A stretch of DNA of 64,000 bases from Catajapyx aquilonaris. Taxonomy: Eukaryota. The position numbers and the translations under genes are program-made. Under the pieces are notes generated by a model that saw only the letters and a program-made list of their open reading frames with translations, was not told the origin of the DNA and ran no database searches. Within the stretch, counting starts at the first letter, position 1. Each line of letters opens with the position of its first letter. Below, piece by piece: positions 50,389 through 63,599 of this stretch. The stretch spans positions 1 through 64,000 of the forward strand of contig JYFJ02001216.1 in the NCBI GenBank assembly GCA_000934665.2. The letters are read 5' to 3'.

Positions 50389-51543
50389 TACATGCACACA
50401 ACTCCATGTTCCGTACCAGTTTCTACCACCTTGACATCATACTGCTTCACCTTTCTTTAGTCAAGAAGGAATTTTGCTCTTATGACCATCCAGTCAATGG
50501 CAGCTTATTCCTGGCAGCAAAAAATGAATATTAAGATTACAGGACCACCAGATAATGGCAGCGAGGTGCAGCAGGATAGATCAATTATACGCCAAAAATG
50601 ATGGCGATAATGAGTGGACTGATACCACTTGAAAATAGCCTGACGTCACCCATGTTTGTCCCAGAACGTATCGGTTGACGATTAAAGTCAAACTGATAGG
50701 AAGCCTGTCGCTTGTGTCGGTGTTCATTTTCTTGTCCTTTAGGACTGTTATCTTATTTAATACCAAATCATACTTTTTTGAAACGAGACAAGGAAAATCT
50801 TATAGGAATTGTATCGGGCTCAACCAAAGAGGCGAGATAAGCAATATGAGGCGACCTACAGCTGCTAAGGTGACATTTCAGTAATTGCCACGAATGAGGA
50901 AAGGTTACCTACATTATCACCGTTAGAGTGCAAGTACAGTGCAAGTACAAGTGACCACTAGACCTATCAGATTATAGCTTATTGGGCCTGTACTGATAAC
51001 CTGACTGCGAAATGTTCCGGTGCATTTGTTATTTTTTGTTACGCACGAATTTAAGCAACATATTGCATACACTTGTATAAATTTTAGTGCTTTTAATATG
51101 TGGCCTGGATTATCAAAAATAAAAGAAATAAGCATAAATCCGTGTTTTATTTTGCATTATACTGAGCAAAAATGTGCGGATTATTGGAACACAAGCAACC
51201 GAGGCCATCATACATGAGTCCAAATGTGATGTATCATCAATATTTCCCAGTATTACGTTATTTGTGTTCGGTTATTATTATTATTCTATAGAGTACATGC
51301 AACATTAAGCAACGAGTCATGTAAATCAAATAGGATAGCAGTATGTGTGTTATGCATCAGCTACGACGTACTTCACAAGACTTTTTCTCAACAGCAGCTA
51401 ACGATACGACCAGTATTGTGCAATAAAAAAGATGCGACGAAGTCCCTTACACAATATAAAGCAATTACTCGACAGATTAGATACTACAAGTAAGCCCTAA
51501 CGTCAATCACTCTCGACAAGACGTTCAATTGGGCAGCAACAAG

Positions 51544-53855
51544 ATGATCCAGACAAAACTATTCACCTTTTTTGTGCTTCTAGCTGGTGAGTTAATAAAC
51601 ATGATCATTCCTGTGATATAGGCCACGTCCCTCATTAAAATTCAAATTAAGCGTCACATTTAAAAATTTTCAGCCAGCGCATCTTCCATGAGGATAGAGC
51701 AGCAGTGTGACGACATCCTGAGAGTGGCCATAAATGTCTTGAAGCAAGTGGACAATAACTTCGGACCGCATCTTCCGACAACATCGGAGAAACTTGCAGA
51801 GGACTGCCAGTATGTCGGATTTCAATGACAGACTTGCAGTTCTGACTCACCCTGTACTCTCTTTTTATATGTGCCAGTGTCTTCAAGCCAACAGAAATCG
51901 ACATATTCAACCTGCTGAATCCGTGTCTTCCCGAAGATCTGCAACCACTGGTGTTTCCTTTTCTGGCCCCTATTATTGACCCTTTTGTGAAAGATGTCTG
52001 CAATCCGAAGCACGATATCCACGACCGTATGTATTATGAGCTAAATAGGAGTAATACCTCAATATAATTCCCGCTAATTTGCCTTCCAGTGTACTTGGAG
52101 TCTATTACATGTTTAGTAGCAAACATAACTCACGCTCTACCTTGCGCCGAGCAGTTGGGAGAAGAACTGGGGCCCATTTTGAAACATATGGACTTCACTA
52201 ACCTCACACCATTATGCTGGTTAGTTGCATAATACTCAGTCATAAATGCGCATTAAAATAATCTGTCGTATGATTATCCATGTAGCCCTCTGGCACAAGC
52301 CCAGTTCTGCATTGGCGAAAAAGTGGAACACGATTGTGGTCCAAAAGCAAAGCAGTTCATCGACGATGCAGCGGATGATCTCGGAGCAATGCTCAAGGTA
52401 CAGTGTGTGCCATGAGAAATAATTGCATACATGTATGTGGCATTGGCGTATTTTCAGAGCGCTTGCTCGTCGCAAGATTGCAGTGGATGGCTGACAGATC
52501 CACCTGCAGAAATCACCACGCCAACCACGGGTCGTCACGAAGCAAAATCATACAAAATCGCAGAAGGGAAACAACGGCATTCACTTAGAATCGCGCGAAA
52601 TTCACCAAAATTCCAAGCGAACAGGAAATTCATACAGGAATCTACCCTGTTTAATGTGAAGACCACAAACCAAGGTGAGAAAAATGCAATCATGTGTTCC
52701 CATTTTACCATTAATCAAATTCAATTCCAAAAAAACGACCTTGTACATTTTTGTCATCACATTGCGTCATTTTGTGCAATTTTTGATGATAATATCATAT
52801 AGGAGGGGCACTCACCACATTGAAGGACGATTCAGGGTGTGATGACTTCCTGAACGTGACGATAAACGTACTGGAGTTGGTGGATGATAATTTCGGTCCA
52901 CACCTTCCAGTCACCAGTGACGAACTGGACAACGATTGCAAGTAATATGCGCCGAATATATTAGATTGTAATGAACGCACGAGTCTTAAAAATAATGCAG
53001 CATTGATTCTGCCATAACATTTCAGGACCTTCGATCCAACACTAAAAAGTATACTAGATATTGTCCTGCCTTGTGTTGTTTCGCCAAGTTTGAAGGACCT
53101 CATAGAAAATGTTTTGATGAGCACTGTAGATCCCGTGAAGAACAAAGTGTGCGACCCAAAGCAGGATATGCATAATCGTAAGGCTACACAAGGCATTAGT
53201 TCTTTATACTGATGTTCAATTTGCTTCATCTCTTTGTACTTGTTTCAGAGTATTTAAGTTCGATTACATGCATGGAAGATAACTGGTCCCATGGTTTTTC
53301 CTGTATTGAACAACTGGCGCAAGAGTTGGGACCAATCCTACTCCACGGATTTTCCATAAAGGATCTCAATAAATTATGCTGGTGAGTGTCACGCGAGTGA
53401 CGCAGCATAAAATATCTGGAAATATGAAAAGATAATAATTATGTTGTTATTATTTTGTCGCAGTCCTTTGGCTCAAGCACAGTTCTGCCTTGCTGAAAAA
53501 GCAACCCAAGACTGCGGCTCAGACGCAGGGAATTTCCTCAATGGAGTTGGCGATACCCTGGGACAGTCTGGTATCTTTCAGGTACAAGTTATGATATGAT
53601 TTTTCACAATTTCTAGATGTGTCATTGACTCACATGGAATAAGAAGAGTGCCAATTATAATATAATACTCTTTGGGTCACCTTATTATTGACTTGCGTTT
53701 CATGCAGTCTACACAAGGAAGAAAAATGAAACATGCAAATTAACTGTCTTTCTTTGTTCCAGCTCGCAGAATGTCCATCAACTGATTGCAGTGGGTGGCT
53801 AACGGATGCTCCGAATGAAAACACTGTGTCCATCGCCCCTGAAATTAGCAACTAG
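51544..53855 (+). CDS. Family C gene C4: two tandem domains, 11 exons
   Basis: MIQTKLFTFFVLLA|..QCDD..NFGPHLPTTSEKLAEDC..DCSGWLTDPP. The linker exon ends with a phase-1 donor at 52675; the second domain is GCDD..NFGPHLPVTSDELDNDC..DCSGWLTDAP..EISN*. Confidence 0.82.
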
Positions 53856-55246
53856 GAAAACCAGTCTAAAGCCGGTCATATAGGAAACCATTTTTAATAG
53901 AAATCAACCAGTCCAAAGGAAGAATACTATGAGGTACGAGAGGCAATCTGCTTGCTCAGCCAGAGATTTCTGGCGAATAGACACTTGATATTTCCTGCTG
54001 AAAAAAATTAAAACCAAAATTATTGAGATGAGATGGGGAGGACCGGATATTGCGAATTTGCAATATCGTGTATTTTATTGGACCAAGCCACATTAGTGAC
54101 CTACGCAGATCGGTTATCCCATCAAAATTCTTTTGTCCACAGACATTTCGTCCTCTGTAAACTTAGTCAGAATTGACACTTTGCTCAAAAAGTTTGTAAT
54201 TATTGCGTATGACGCAAAAATAACCAACAACTGTTTGGGCGAAGTGGCATGACGATATGTCCATCACTATAACCTTCCTAAGTCTTCTGGATGCACCTTA
54301 ACGTCTTATTTGATCCAACGGTATCTGGCAATAAATGGCGAAAGAAAAACATTAATTTATCATATATAGACATTCATTATTTTGTACAATTACTTATCTA
54401 ATCTTACATCAATGACTGATAAATAAATAGTATGTGACACATTTTCTCTGTTTTGATTACTACCACTTTTTCTGAACACGCTTAGGAGGAAGAAGATTTT
54501 TTTACAGATGTACTGTACCCTCTGTTAGCATGGAAGCTATACTCCCGTATGGACCATGAAGTCCGAGTTAAATGCACCGGACAGTTATTTTAGCTCATTT
54601 ATAATTTCTCAATTTGCTTCTATTTTAACTGGCTTGACTGGCTTGGCAAAGATTAGTGGTAAGGAAAGGAAATTTTGTCTATCGAATCACTAGCAATCTT
54701 GTACCAGTAATGTTGTTAGATCGGGCACAATAGCATAACCTTGTAGAAAAAAAAGGCACTGTTATACAGTACTCTCAGGCAGCCTGATGAATACTCTCCC
54801 CTACACCACTTGAACTTGACATCATTTGCATTTTTATATATTCTTGTACATATGTACTGCGCAAATTGTTGTGACAGATGTGGCTTCCTACACACTATAC
54901 AAAGGCAAACAATGCTAATATGTAGCCTACTTATGTGCACTTGACACACGACATTGTGCAATAAATCGAAACAGATACCAGCGATACGTCTAGTAAATCA
55001 GCCACAATTCACCAAGGCTTTCTCGTAAGCCGGTTAAGGACTCTAAAGTTTGGTTTCGCAACCAACCAGAAGATTCAGCAAAACGTCCCTCACGCAATGT
55101 AGCGCGATTAAAGCGGCAGATCAGATAGGGCCTTAAGCCCTAAAATCAATCACTCTGGCAGGAAAGGCAGGTAATAATCGGGCCAGCAAAAGATGCCCAA
55201 GTCTCTTTTCGCACCTGGATCGTCACGACATCACCAGGCGCCCAAC

Positions 55247-58200
55247 ATGATGACTCTGATGTGCACCTTGGTAGTGCTGCTGACCGGTGAGTAAATAATC
55301 ACTTTTTTGTTGTTTTATCGCTCCATATCAAATTATGTGGGAGAGTAAGAAATTGCAATGTTCTCCAGATGCGGCTGTTATTCCAGCAGCTGGACACAGT
55401 GACAATGACGTGAAAGGGCTAGTGTCTAATTTTCTAACCAAGCAGCAAAGGTGGGCACAGCTAACCGAAAAATCAGCTTCTCTAACAGCTGATCAGCTAA
55501 CTACAAAAAAATGGATTTGCTAAATAGCTAATGCTAAATGGCTAGAAAATTAGTTAAAGCTAATGCTAACAGCTAACAGCTAACTTCCTTATTTTTTCCC
55601 TCCATGACCCTTAAAAAACAGACATACGCTGATAAAGCCTAGAGAGCATTGCTACACTTACGCCTTATTTAGATACTCGTATTTAGGCTACTGTTCCGTA
55701 CAAAAAGTAATAAACAAATCCAAAAAGGCAGAAAGTTTATTTGTCTCAGAAGAAAGCTACCGTACAAAGACAGGCAAGGCAAAATTTATATTTAAAAACT
55801 GGTAACTATAATAATTATAATCCGCGCACCGAAGTGATCGGAAAATAAGTTTTGGCCAGGTAGACAGAGAATTTACAATCCGGCACCTTGCCCTGTAAAA
55901 CTGGTCTATTTTAATCCCTGCCTGAAGTGGAAACAATGCAACTTTAAAAAGTAACAGACAGCGAGACAGGAACACGAATGAAATTTGTTAGCTGAAGTTA
56001 TTTAGCTGCAGTGCAGTACTAATTTAGTGGGAGCTAATTAGTCAGCTAGCGGCCTGAAAAGTTAGAGAAGACAGCTAATCAGCTAACGAAAAGTTAGTTC
56101 AGCTATTAGCTGTTAGCTGATTAGAGGCGCTAATGCCCACCTTTGCCAAGCAGTATCATAAAACATTACAATATGCATGCCTATACAATTTCACTTCGAC
56201 CTCACATAATTTTCTTCGCTGCTTTAGGAGCTGTATCTTCAATGAGGATAGTGCAGCAGCAGGACCAGTGCGAAGACTTTCTAAACGTGACCATAAAGGT
56301 CTTGAAGGAAGTGGAGTACAACTTCGGGCCGCATCTTCCAGTCACAAACGAGAAACTGGAACACGATTGCAGGTACCATGGACGGGCTTCGTGGCATGAG
56401 GTAACAATATACAATAGCTGATATTAATACTTTTCATCTCATGTCAGTGTCTTCATGGACACAGAAACCACGATAATCAACCTGGCGAATCCGTGTCTTC
56501 CCGAACCGCTGCAGCCACTTTTCTTTCCCTTGTTGGACAATATTGTCAATCCTTACGTGACAGATATCTGCGATCCGAAGAAGGATATCCACAGCCGTAA
56601 GAATGTAATCACGGATAAACATTGTCAGCACTGCAATCCCGCCTATTTGCTTTCCAGTGTACTTGGATACTGTGACATGTTTAGAAGCGAACATAACTCA
56701 CGCTCTACCTTGCGCAGTGCAGCTGGCAGAAGAACTGTGGCCCATTTTGAAACACCTGGACATAACCAACCTGGCCCAAATATGCTGGTGGGTGTCGGCA
56801 ATGCATCAGTGCACAGTCTTGTCACGAGCAACTAAATAACCCTTGCTAATTATTTTTCACTTAGCCCTCTGGCACAAGCCCAGTTCTGCATTGGAGAAAA
56901 GGTGGAGCACGATTGCGGTCCAAATGGAAAGAAGTTCATCGATGAAACCACTGAAATACTCGGGGGAATACTTGAGGTATGTTGGAACATTGAATCCCGG
57001 TGAAAAAAATTAGTTTACATGGCACCGAGTTAAAGCGTTGCCTTTGTTCCCATGTAAACAATGTACAATTTTGCCTAAAAAGCCTCAGATGTAGGCCTAC
57101 TTATCTTGTCAGCTGTGTCTCCTTTATTTTTCTTCTTATAATAATTCCTAAATAACATGAACTGATTGCTTTTCCTCGTCCATTTTCGATTATTACAAAC
57201 CCATACTTTCAGAGTTACTGCGTGTCTCAAGATTGCAGTGGGTGGCTCACCGATTCGCCTGGAGAAAGTACCACACCAGGCCAACACACAACTGAGCATA
57301 CAACACTGCCGCCTAGTCCAACAACCACCACAACACAAGCGACTAGTCCAACAACCACCACAACACAACCGCCTAGTCCAACAACCACCACAACACAAAC
57401 GCCTAGTCCAACAACCACCACAGAGAAACCACAATCACCTAAAACCACAAGCTCCAAGCCACAACCTGTTCAAACAACAACAAATGGAAAGCATAAGCCT
57501 GATCTGCACAAAGCGGCCAGAAATCCACGTAGTCTGAAGAAAGAGTCTGGTTACCCATCGTTTTATGGCAAGTTCACCAACAAAGGGAGAGCCGGGGAGA
57601 GCTCAATGTGATTAAAATGTAGTGTTTACACATGTCGACATGTGGTGTTACTGTGATAAATTAGTGCACCGTGACATAGATTACACGAACAACATTATTT
57701 GTACAGAGCAAGCCTTTATTATCGTCATGTTTCACACATTTACACTCTTCGCTTCATTTTCAGAGAAGGCACAGGGCTCGTGGAATGGCCCATCCGAGTG
57801 TGGAGTCTTGCTCAACATGACAATTGATATTTTGGAGTTGGTGGATGATAATTTTGGACCGCACCTTCCAATCACCAGTGACGAACTTCACACCGATTGC
57901 AAGTAATATTATACGCAAAATTACCCAGTAAAATATTTAACGAATAATGCACCACTGATTGTGTCATAACATTTTAGGAACTTCGACACAACACTAAAAA
58001 ATATACTGGATATCGTTCTGCCATGTGTTGTTCCGCCACTTTATAAGGGCTTCATAGAAAGTACTTTGATGAGTACTGTAGATCCCGTTATGAACAAAGT
58101 ATGCGATCCAACGCAGGAAATGCACAATCGTAAGGATGCGTAAGACATGATTTACTATTCAATAATTTCACGTTCAATAACATTTTTGTCATTTATTTAA

Positions 58201-59035
58201 TGTTGTAGTGTATTTGAATTCGGTTGAATGCCTGGAAGAGAACTGGTCCCATGGCCTTTCCTGCATCGGACAACTGGCGCAAGAGTTGGGACCAATCATA
58301 CTCCATGGATTTTCCATAGCGGATCTCAATAAATTATGCTGGTGAGTGCCACGACGTTGACACCAAAAAAGGGCTGGAAATGACAAATAACATGTTTTTT
58401 TTTTGGTGACAGTCCTTTGGCTCAGGCCCAGTTCTGCCTTGCTGAAAAAGCAACCCAAGACTGCGGCTCAGACGCGGGCAAATTCATCAATGAAGTTGGC
58501 GATACCCTGGGACAGACTGTCCTTTTTGAGGTAGATATTGCATAAAACAATCTGTTTATGATCTCTGCTTCCGAGCATTCATCACCACTCTAAATGACGT
58601 AGTAATTATTTCAGCAGCAAATTGGCTTGTAATTTAGTCCGATCACCCGCAATACATGAAACAGTAAATGTAAACCATGTTTTGCAGATGTTTATTTGTC
58701 CATCACCTGACTGCACGGGGTGGCTAACTGACTCCCCCGACGACACAACCACCTCCACGTCCCACACAAGAACTACACAAACAAGTTCAAATCCTTCTCA
58801 GGCGACGGGATCAAGCATGAACCCTTCCCAACCCACTGGATCCACGGTAAACCCGTCTCATTCGACAAAATCCAGCGTGAACCCTTCCCAACCCACTGGA
58901 TCGACTTCAAATCCTTCTCAGGGTACAAGCCCGCACACGAATCCACCAACTACCCAAGGCAGTGAGTCAACTGCAACCTCTTCGTCCACGGGGATTGCAC
59001 TTCTTCTTCTAACAACGTACATTTTCAACATCTGA
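55247..59035 (+). CDS. Family C gene C5: domain, mucin linker, domain, Ser/Thr stalk, GPI-like tail (joining splice uncertain)
   Basis: MMTLMCTLVVLLT (in-frame upstream ATG at 55193). Both domains have intact exons paralogous to C4; ends SSSTGIALLLLTTYIFNI*. The linker donor equivalent to C4 reads GGGAGA, so the gene may stop at 57611. Confidence 0.72.
55446..56145. mobile_element. Non-autonomous hAT transposon, 700 bp, in C5 intron 1
   Basis: Perfect TIRs CAAAGGTGGGCA and TGCCCACCTTTG; perfect 8-bp TSD CCAAGCAG (55438-55445 and 56146-56153); many subterminal AGCTAA/TTAGCT motifs. Confidence 0.92.
57312..57423 (+). repeat. Coding 30-bp tandem repeat (~4x, SPTTTTTQxx)
   Basis: CTAGTCCAACAACCACCACAACACAA units in the C5 linker exon. 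Confidence 0.92.
58782..58925 (+). repeat. Coding 30-bp degenerate repeat (~5x, SxNPSQPTGS)
   Basis: NPS(Q/H) recurs every 10 residues in the C5 last exon. Confidence 0.85.
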
Positions 59036-60437
59036 ATGTCAAATAATCACTTTGGTCTTGTCCTGCACTTGGGAGTACAAACTGGTGGGCTCATGCTGTA
59101 AACATTGTCAATAGATTGTTCACAAACGTTATGACAGTCTTCATTATCTGATGTGTCTTTTCCACACCTCCTCTCATTTCCAGCACATAACTACTGTTCT
59201 GTTGAAATTATTATGTCGTAAAGTGATCTCTAATTCAACAGAAAGATCCGCACTCAGCAATCGGACCATGCAGTGAGCTACAGAAAAATTCGTGACATGT
59301 ATTCCAATAAGTAAGAAGTAGGTTCATTACGATGTATGGAAAAGGAAAATAAAAATAAAAAGTATTCAAATAAAATTATTTTGCAATTGATATGCATGTC
59401 CCAAAAATCTGAAAGACTAATGAAATAATGCAAAACAAATAGGAATTACCTATATCACCTGCAAGGATAATATTCCTCTGGCATTAGATGTAGCCTAAAC
59501 ATATCACTCCTCAATCTTAAATTCTAATATTGTTTATATATAAACATATATTGTAATATATCAACGGCATGAAATAAGCCCACTAATATCCATCGGACAA
59601 ATCAATAGTCCCAAATCCTTTTATTTATGTGTTCAGATAAGAGTTGTTCATGTTTATGAAGACATCACAAACTGCTAAGTGTACTACATGCACTTATCTA
59701 GATAATGTGGGTTGTCTGCCGATGGGATTCCATAAGAACGCCGTGTGACGTATTCATTGCAAAGATTTATAGACATAATCTTCAAATAGGAGATATGAAT
59801 TTTACCAGTTGCGTATTTAATCAAGATTTTATGCAACGAAAAGTTTGTTTGAGCCTGATAGGAAGCTTCGAGTACTTTTCATTTTTAAATATTTAAATAG
59901 ATTACGAGTGCATAACTGTTTATAGTTTATTTTCGGAAAAAATTCTCTCCATCATAACGAAAGGATTGGTGTGTGAAGGTTCAGTGTAACTCTCCCATTC
60001 ACGTTACATGATTGCTTCCAGCAACCAATTTAAATTAATGTTCCATTGAAATTTACAAACTTCAACCAACATATTTTTGTCTGAAGGTGTCACTTGGATT
60101 ATTATTGCTGTTTTATTCTTTTCGTGGATTTAATGCTCTAATCACCCCCCCTGATCCCCAAGGTCGCAGGGTCACATGCTATCAGGATTAACGCCTCGTG
60201 ACACTGATCGATGTGTTATCAATCAACAAAAGCCATAAAATGTTGGGCTTGTTATCCTTAACGTTAGGTGCTATAAGCTATATTATCCCCAAGCGAATAA
60301 CAAAATTTCATTAGGTAAGAGGTATTGATAAATAAGATATATATTGCAGTGTTCACTATCTATCATCCAGGAAGAGAGTAAAAAGGCAGATCTGCTTTCG
60401 AGGAAACGATTCAGCGAACAGCACTGCAGCTGGCAAG

Positions 60438-63400
60438 ATGATTTCTGCTAAGCTCTGCACATTAGCTGTGATTCTGACAGGTAAATGTATAGGCTACCTT
60501 TTGGTGCAATGCCCACATCTCCAGTTCGAGTTTAAAGAGAAGCTGCAATATTACGAAAATTGCAGCAAATCGCAACAGCACAATGGGTTACTGGAGTCAA
60601 AAACTCAAATATTCTCGACAAAACTTGAACTGGACTGCTGGGCAGTGCATTCCACTGTTTAATGCGTACACTCTGCAATATATTATTCACATAGGTATAA
60701 TCAAAGCTCTCTTTTACATTTTTATTAACCTAATAATAAATATTATTGTTTCAGTGGCATCGTCTTCGGTAATTAAAGACGATCCAACATGCAACGACCC
60801 GCTTCAAATCGCTATTGATATTCTCAAAGTTGTTGACGCTAATTTCGGATGGCACATTCCTTTCAATGGCGACGAGCTGGATTCTGATTGCAAGTACGAA
60901 CATTGACATTTCTTTGTTTATTAGTCTGCTAATGTGAACAACCCCATTTTTATTAATCGGTTGTGCCTTTCAGAAACTTCAAAACAGCCGAAACTGACAT
61001 CCTCAATATCATAACTCCATGTGTTCCGCCATCAATGCAGTCCGTTCTTAGTACCGTGGTTCCTCTGCTTATCGACCCATTCGTTAAGGACCTGTGTGAC
61101 CCGTCGAATGAACTTCATGACCGTAAGGCCCCATATAGTTAGTGCAGCCACAGTGTAATTAATTCCAAATAATTCCTTTCAGTGTATCTGGAGTCTGCTG
61201 TATGCTTGAGCTCCAACTGGACTCATTCTTTGCCCTGCAGTCTCCAACTGGCCAAAGAGGCCCTGTCCATCGTGCCAAATATTCACGGCTTTTCTGACAT
61301 TTGCCAACTGATGTGGTCCGTATAACACAGAGTGGTCCAACAAGGAAGGCCCTTACAGAAATTTGTCAATTAAAAATTCACTAGCAGAACATCTGCCAGC
61401 GTCATTCACCTTCCTTGTTGGACCACCCTGCGCAATAATAATTAAGATTCATAATGCAACCTGGAATAATGATTAATGACTTAATGATCTTCGTAGTCCC
61501 ATGGAGCAGGCCGGATACTGCACCGACAAACAAGTAAACACGGATTGTGGACAGGATGCAGTCAAGTTCATCAACATGGCTGCTATGCAGCTGGGAGGAT
61601 CCCTGCTTCAGGTACCATAATTATTCTGAAACTTCTAATAATGTTGCAATATATAGAAGATATGCAGCACATTCGCCTATATTGTCGTCTTTTAGTTATT
61701 TTGTTATCCTTTGGAAGGGTCTTCAAAGGTTCATAATGGACAAAACAGCCGTAAAGTTAAGGCTGTCTTACACAGAAAATGGCTAAATTTTCAAAGAGAC
61801 ATGTATGTTTTCTATTTGACGAGATACTATACAGTATATGTAACTGTCTTGAGTCTGTAGGAGTTGTGCGGAACGCCCGACTGTGACGGCTGGCTGACTG
61901 ATGCACCACCACTTGACGTTACTGAATCGCCAGAGCAAGAAACATTCATACAGGAGATGCACAGGAGGAAGGAAGGTGATTGTACGTGCATATAGCATTC
62001 TTTCAGTAAAATTAATTGCAGCTTTCTTCATACAAATTTGACTCAAGATTTATATACTGTATGCCAGTAATATGTTGCATGATATTTCTAAAAATTCGCA
62101 AATTTAACTGTTAAAATATGTTAATCTTATTCAATATTATTAACAGCATGTGCTTAAATTTGTCATGCTGATTTTGAATAAATAAAAAATAATGCCTTAA
62201 ATTTTACAGTGTAGTTCTACTGTAGAATAATTTCTGTCACTTTCATGTCTGTCTTTATAATGATTTAAAAACAATTCTATCTCCTTACAGTGTTCTGGTT
62301 GACTAGCATCTGGAAGGACGACCCTCAGTGTCAGGACATCCTCAATGCCACAATTCAAGTGTTGCAAGTGGTGCACGACAATTTGGGCTCCCACATCCCT
62401 ACAGATGACAAGTCCCTTGACAAAGTCTGCAAGTAAGGGGAAACTCCATAATTTCTGAGGGGCAGTTTTAATATTGACGTTTATCGTACGATGTAGGGAG
62501 TTCAGCCCCACTGAAAAAGAAATTTTGGACATTGTCGGGCCATGCATTCCATCATCACTGGATCCAGTGAAGGACATGGTGGTGGGAATAGTCAACGACT
62601 TCGTCAAGTCCCTGTGCGATCCATCCCAGGATTTTCATAAGCGTAAGAACGGTTGCTTTATCATAGTTGGTAAAGTTTCAGCCACTATTTAAAAAAATGA
62701 AAAACGCAATCACATAAAAGTTGCAAAAATACCTCACCTTACTGTTTATTTACGCAACAATAACAGTTGGTTTTCTGTCTCTCTCGTATGAGATTAAGGG
62801 TCTGATTACAAGACTTCCCCAAACTTCTTTCTAGCAATCATTATCGAATCACTAGACTGTGACATCTTTCTGGTACAAGTGCTACTTGTTACATCGTTAC
62901 CTTTTAATTTTTTAGAATGAATGTGTTGCAATAAAATCTATAAGTAATAATGTAACATGCAAAAATTCAGTGCAATAGGTACTCTGTAGACATCTCCTTG
63001 AAACAGTCTAATTATTATGTTTTCCAGTGTACCTGGAGTCTATTTCCTGCCTGCTGGCTAAAGGGGCTGATTCCTTGCCCTGCGACATTCAGTTTGCTCA
63101 GGACGTGGCCATCATCCTACCTCAAATACACAGCGTCACCGATGCGGTTAAACTCTGCTGGTGAGCATTAGTAATACTCTACAATATTATGATGACTATG
63201 CACTGAAATGCTGCACAGAGAGAAGACACACTGAACTGGAAGATAAGAAATATACAATCTGTTTTCTTCATGATCCAGCCCTGTTGAGCAAGTCACCTAC
63301 TGCCTCAACTCAACCACAACTCAAGACTGCGGCTCAGACGCAGCTGAGTTCGTCAACGAAGCTATTGGTAAACTGGCAGGCACATTGACGGTAATATAAG

Positions 63401-63599
63401 CACAGACGAATTTTCCGAATGAGGTTTCTCTTCCTTCATCGCATATGGGCTTTTCTTTATGTCCTTAACAATTCGTACTTTTCTTTCCTTCCAGTCTATT
63501 TGCCCGTGGATTGGTCCAGACTGCAGCGGATGGCTTACCCCGTCTCCTACACCAGCAGTATTCACAACAGAACCATCGTTCAGGAAGAAGTTCAACTGA
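60438..63599 (+). CDS. Family C gene C6: two tandem domains, 11 exons
   Basis: MISAKLCTLAVILT|..TCND..NFGWHIPFNGDELDSDCK|..DCDGWLTDAP..MHRRKE|..QCQD..NLGSHIPTDDKSLDKVCK|..LCC|..DCGSDAAEF..|SICPWIGPDCSGWLTP..RKKFN*. Confidence 0.82.

Noticed and set aside
57312..57423. Regular 30-bp repeats as a possible CRISPR array
   Set aside because: Head-to-tail coding repeats with no unique spacers, in an intron-containing eukaryotic gene.
57075..57537. Cys-rich (LCCGGCWTRR)n and Gln/Pro-rich repeat ORFs
   Set aside because: Antisense and alternative frames of the Thr-rich 30-bp coding repeat in C5.
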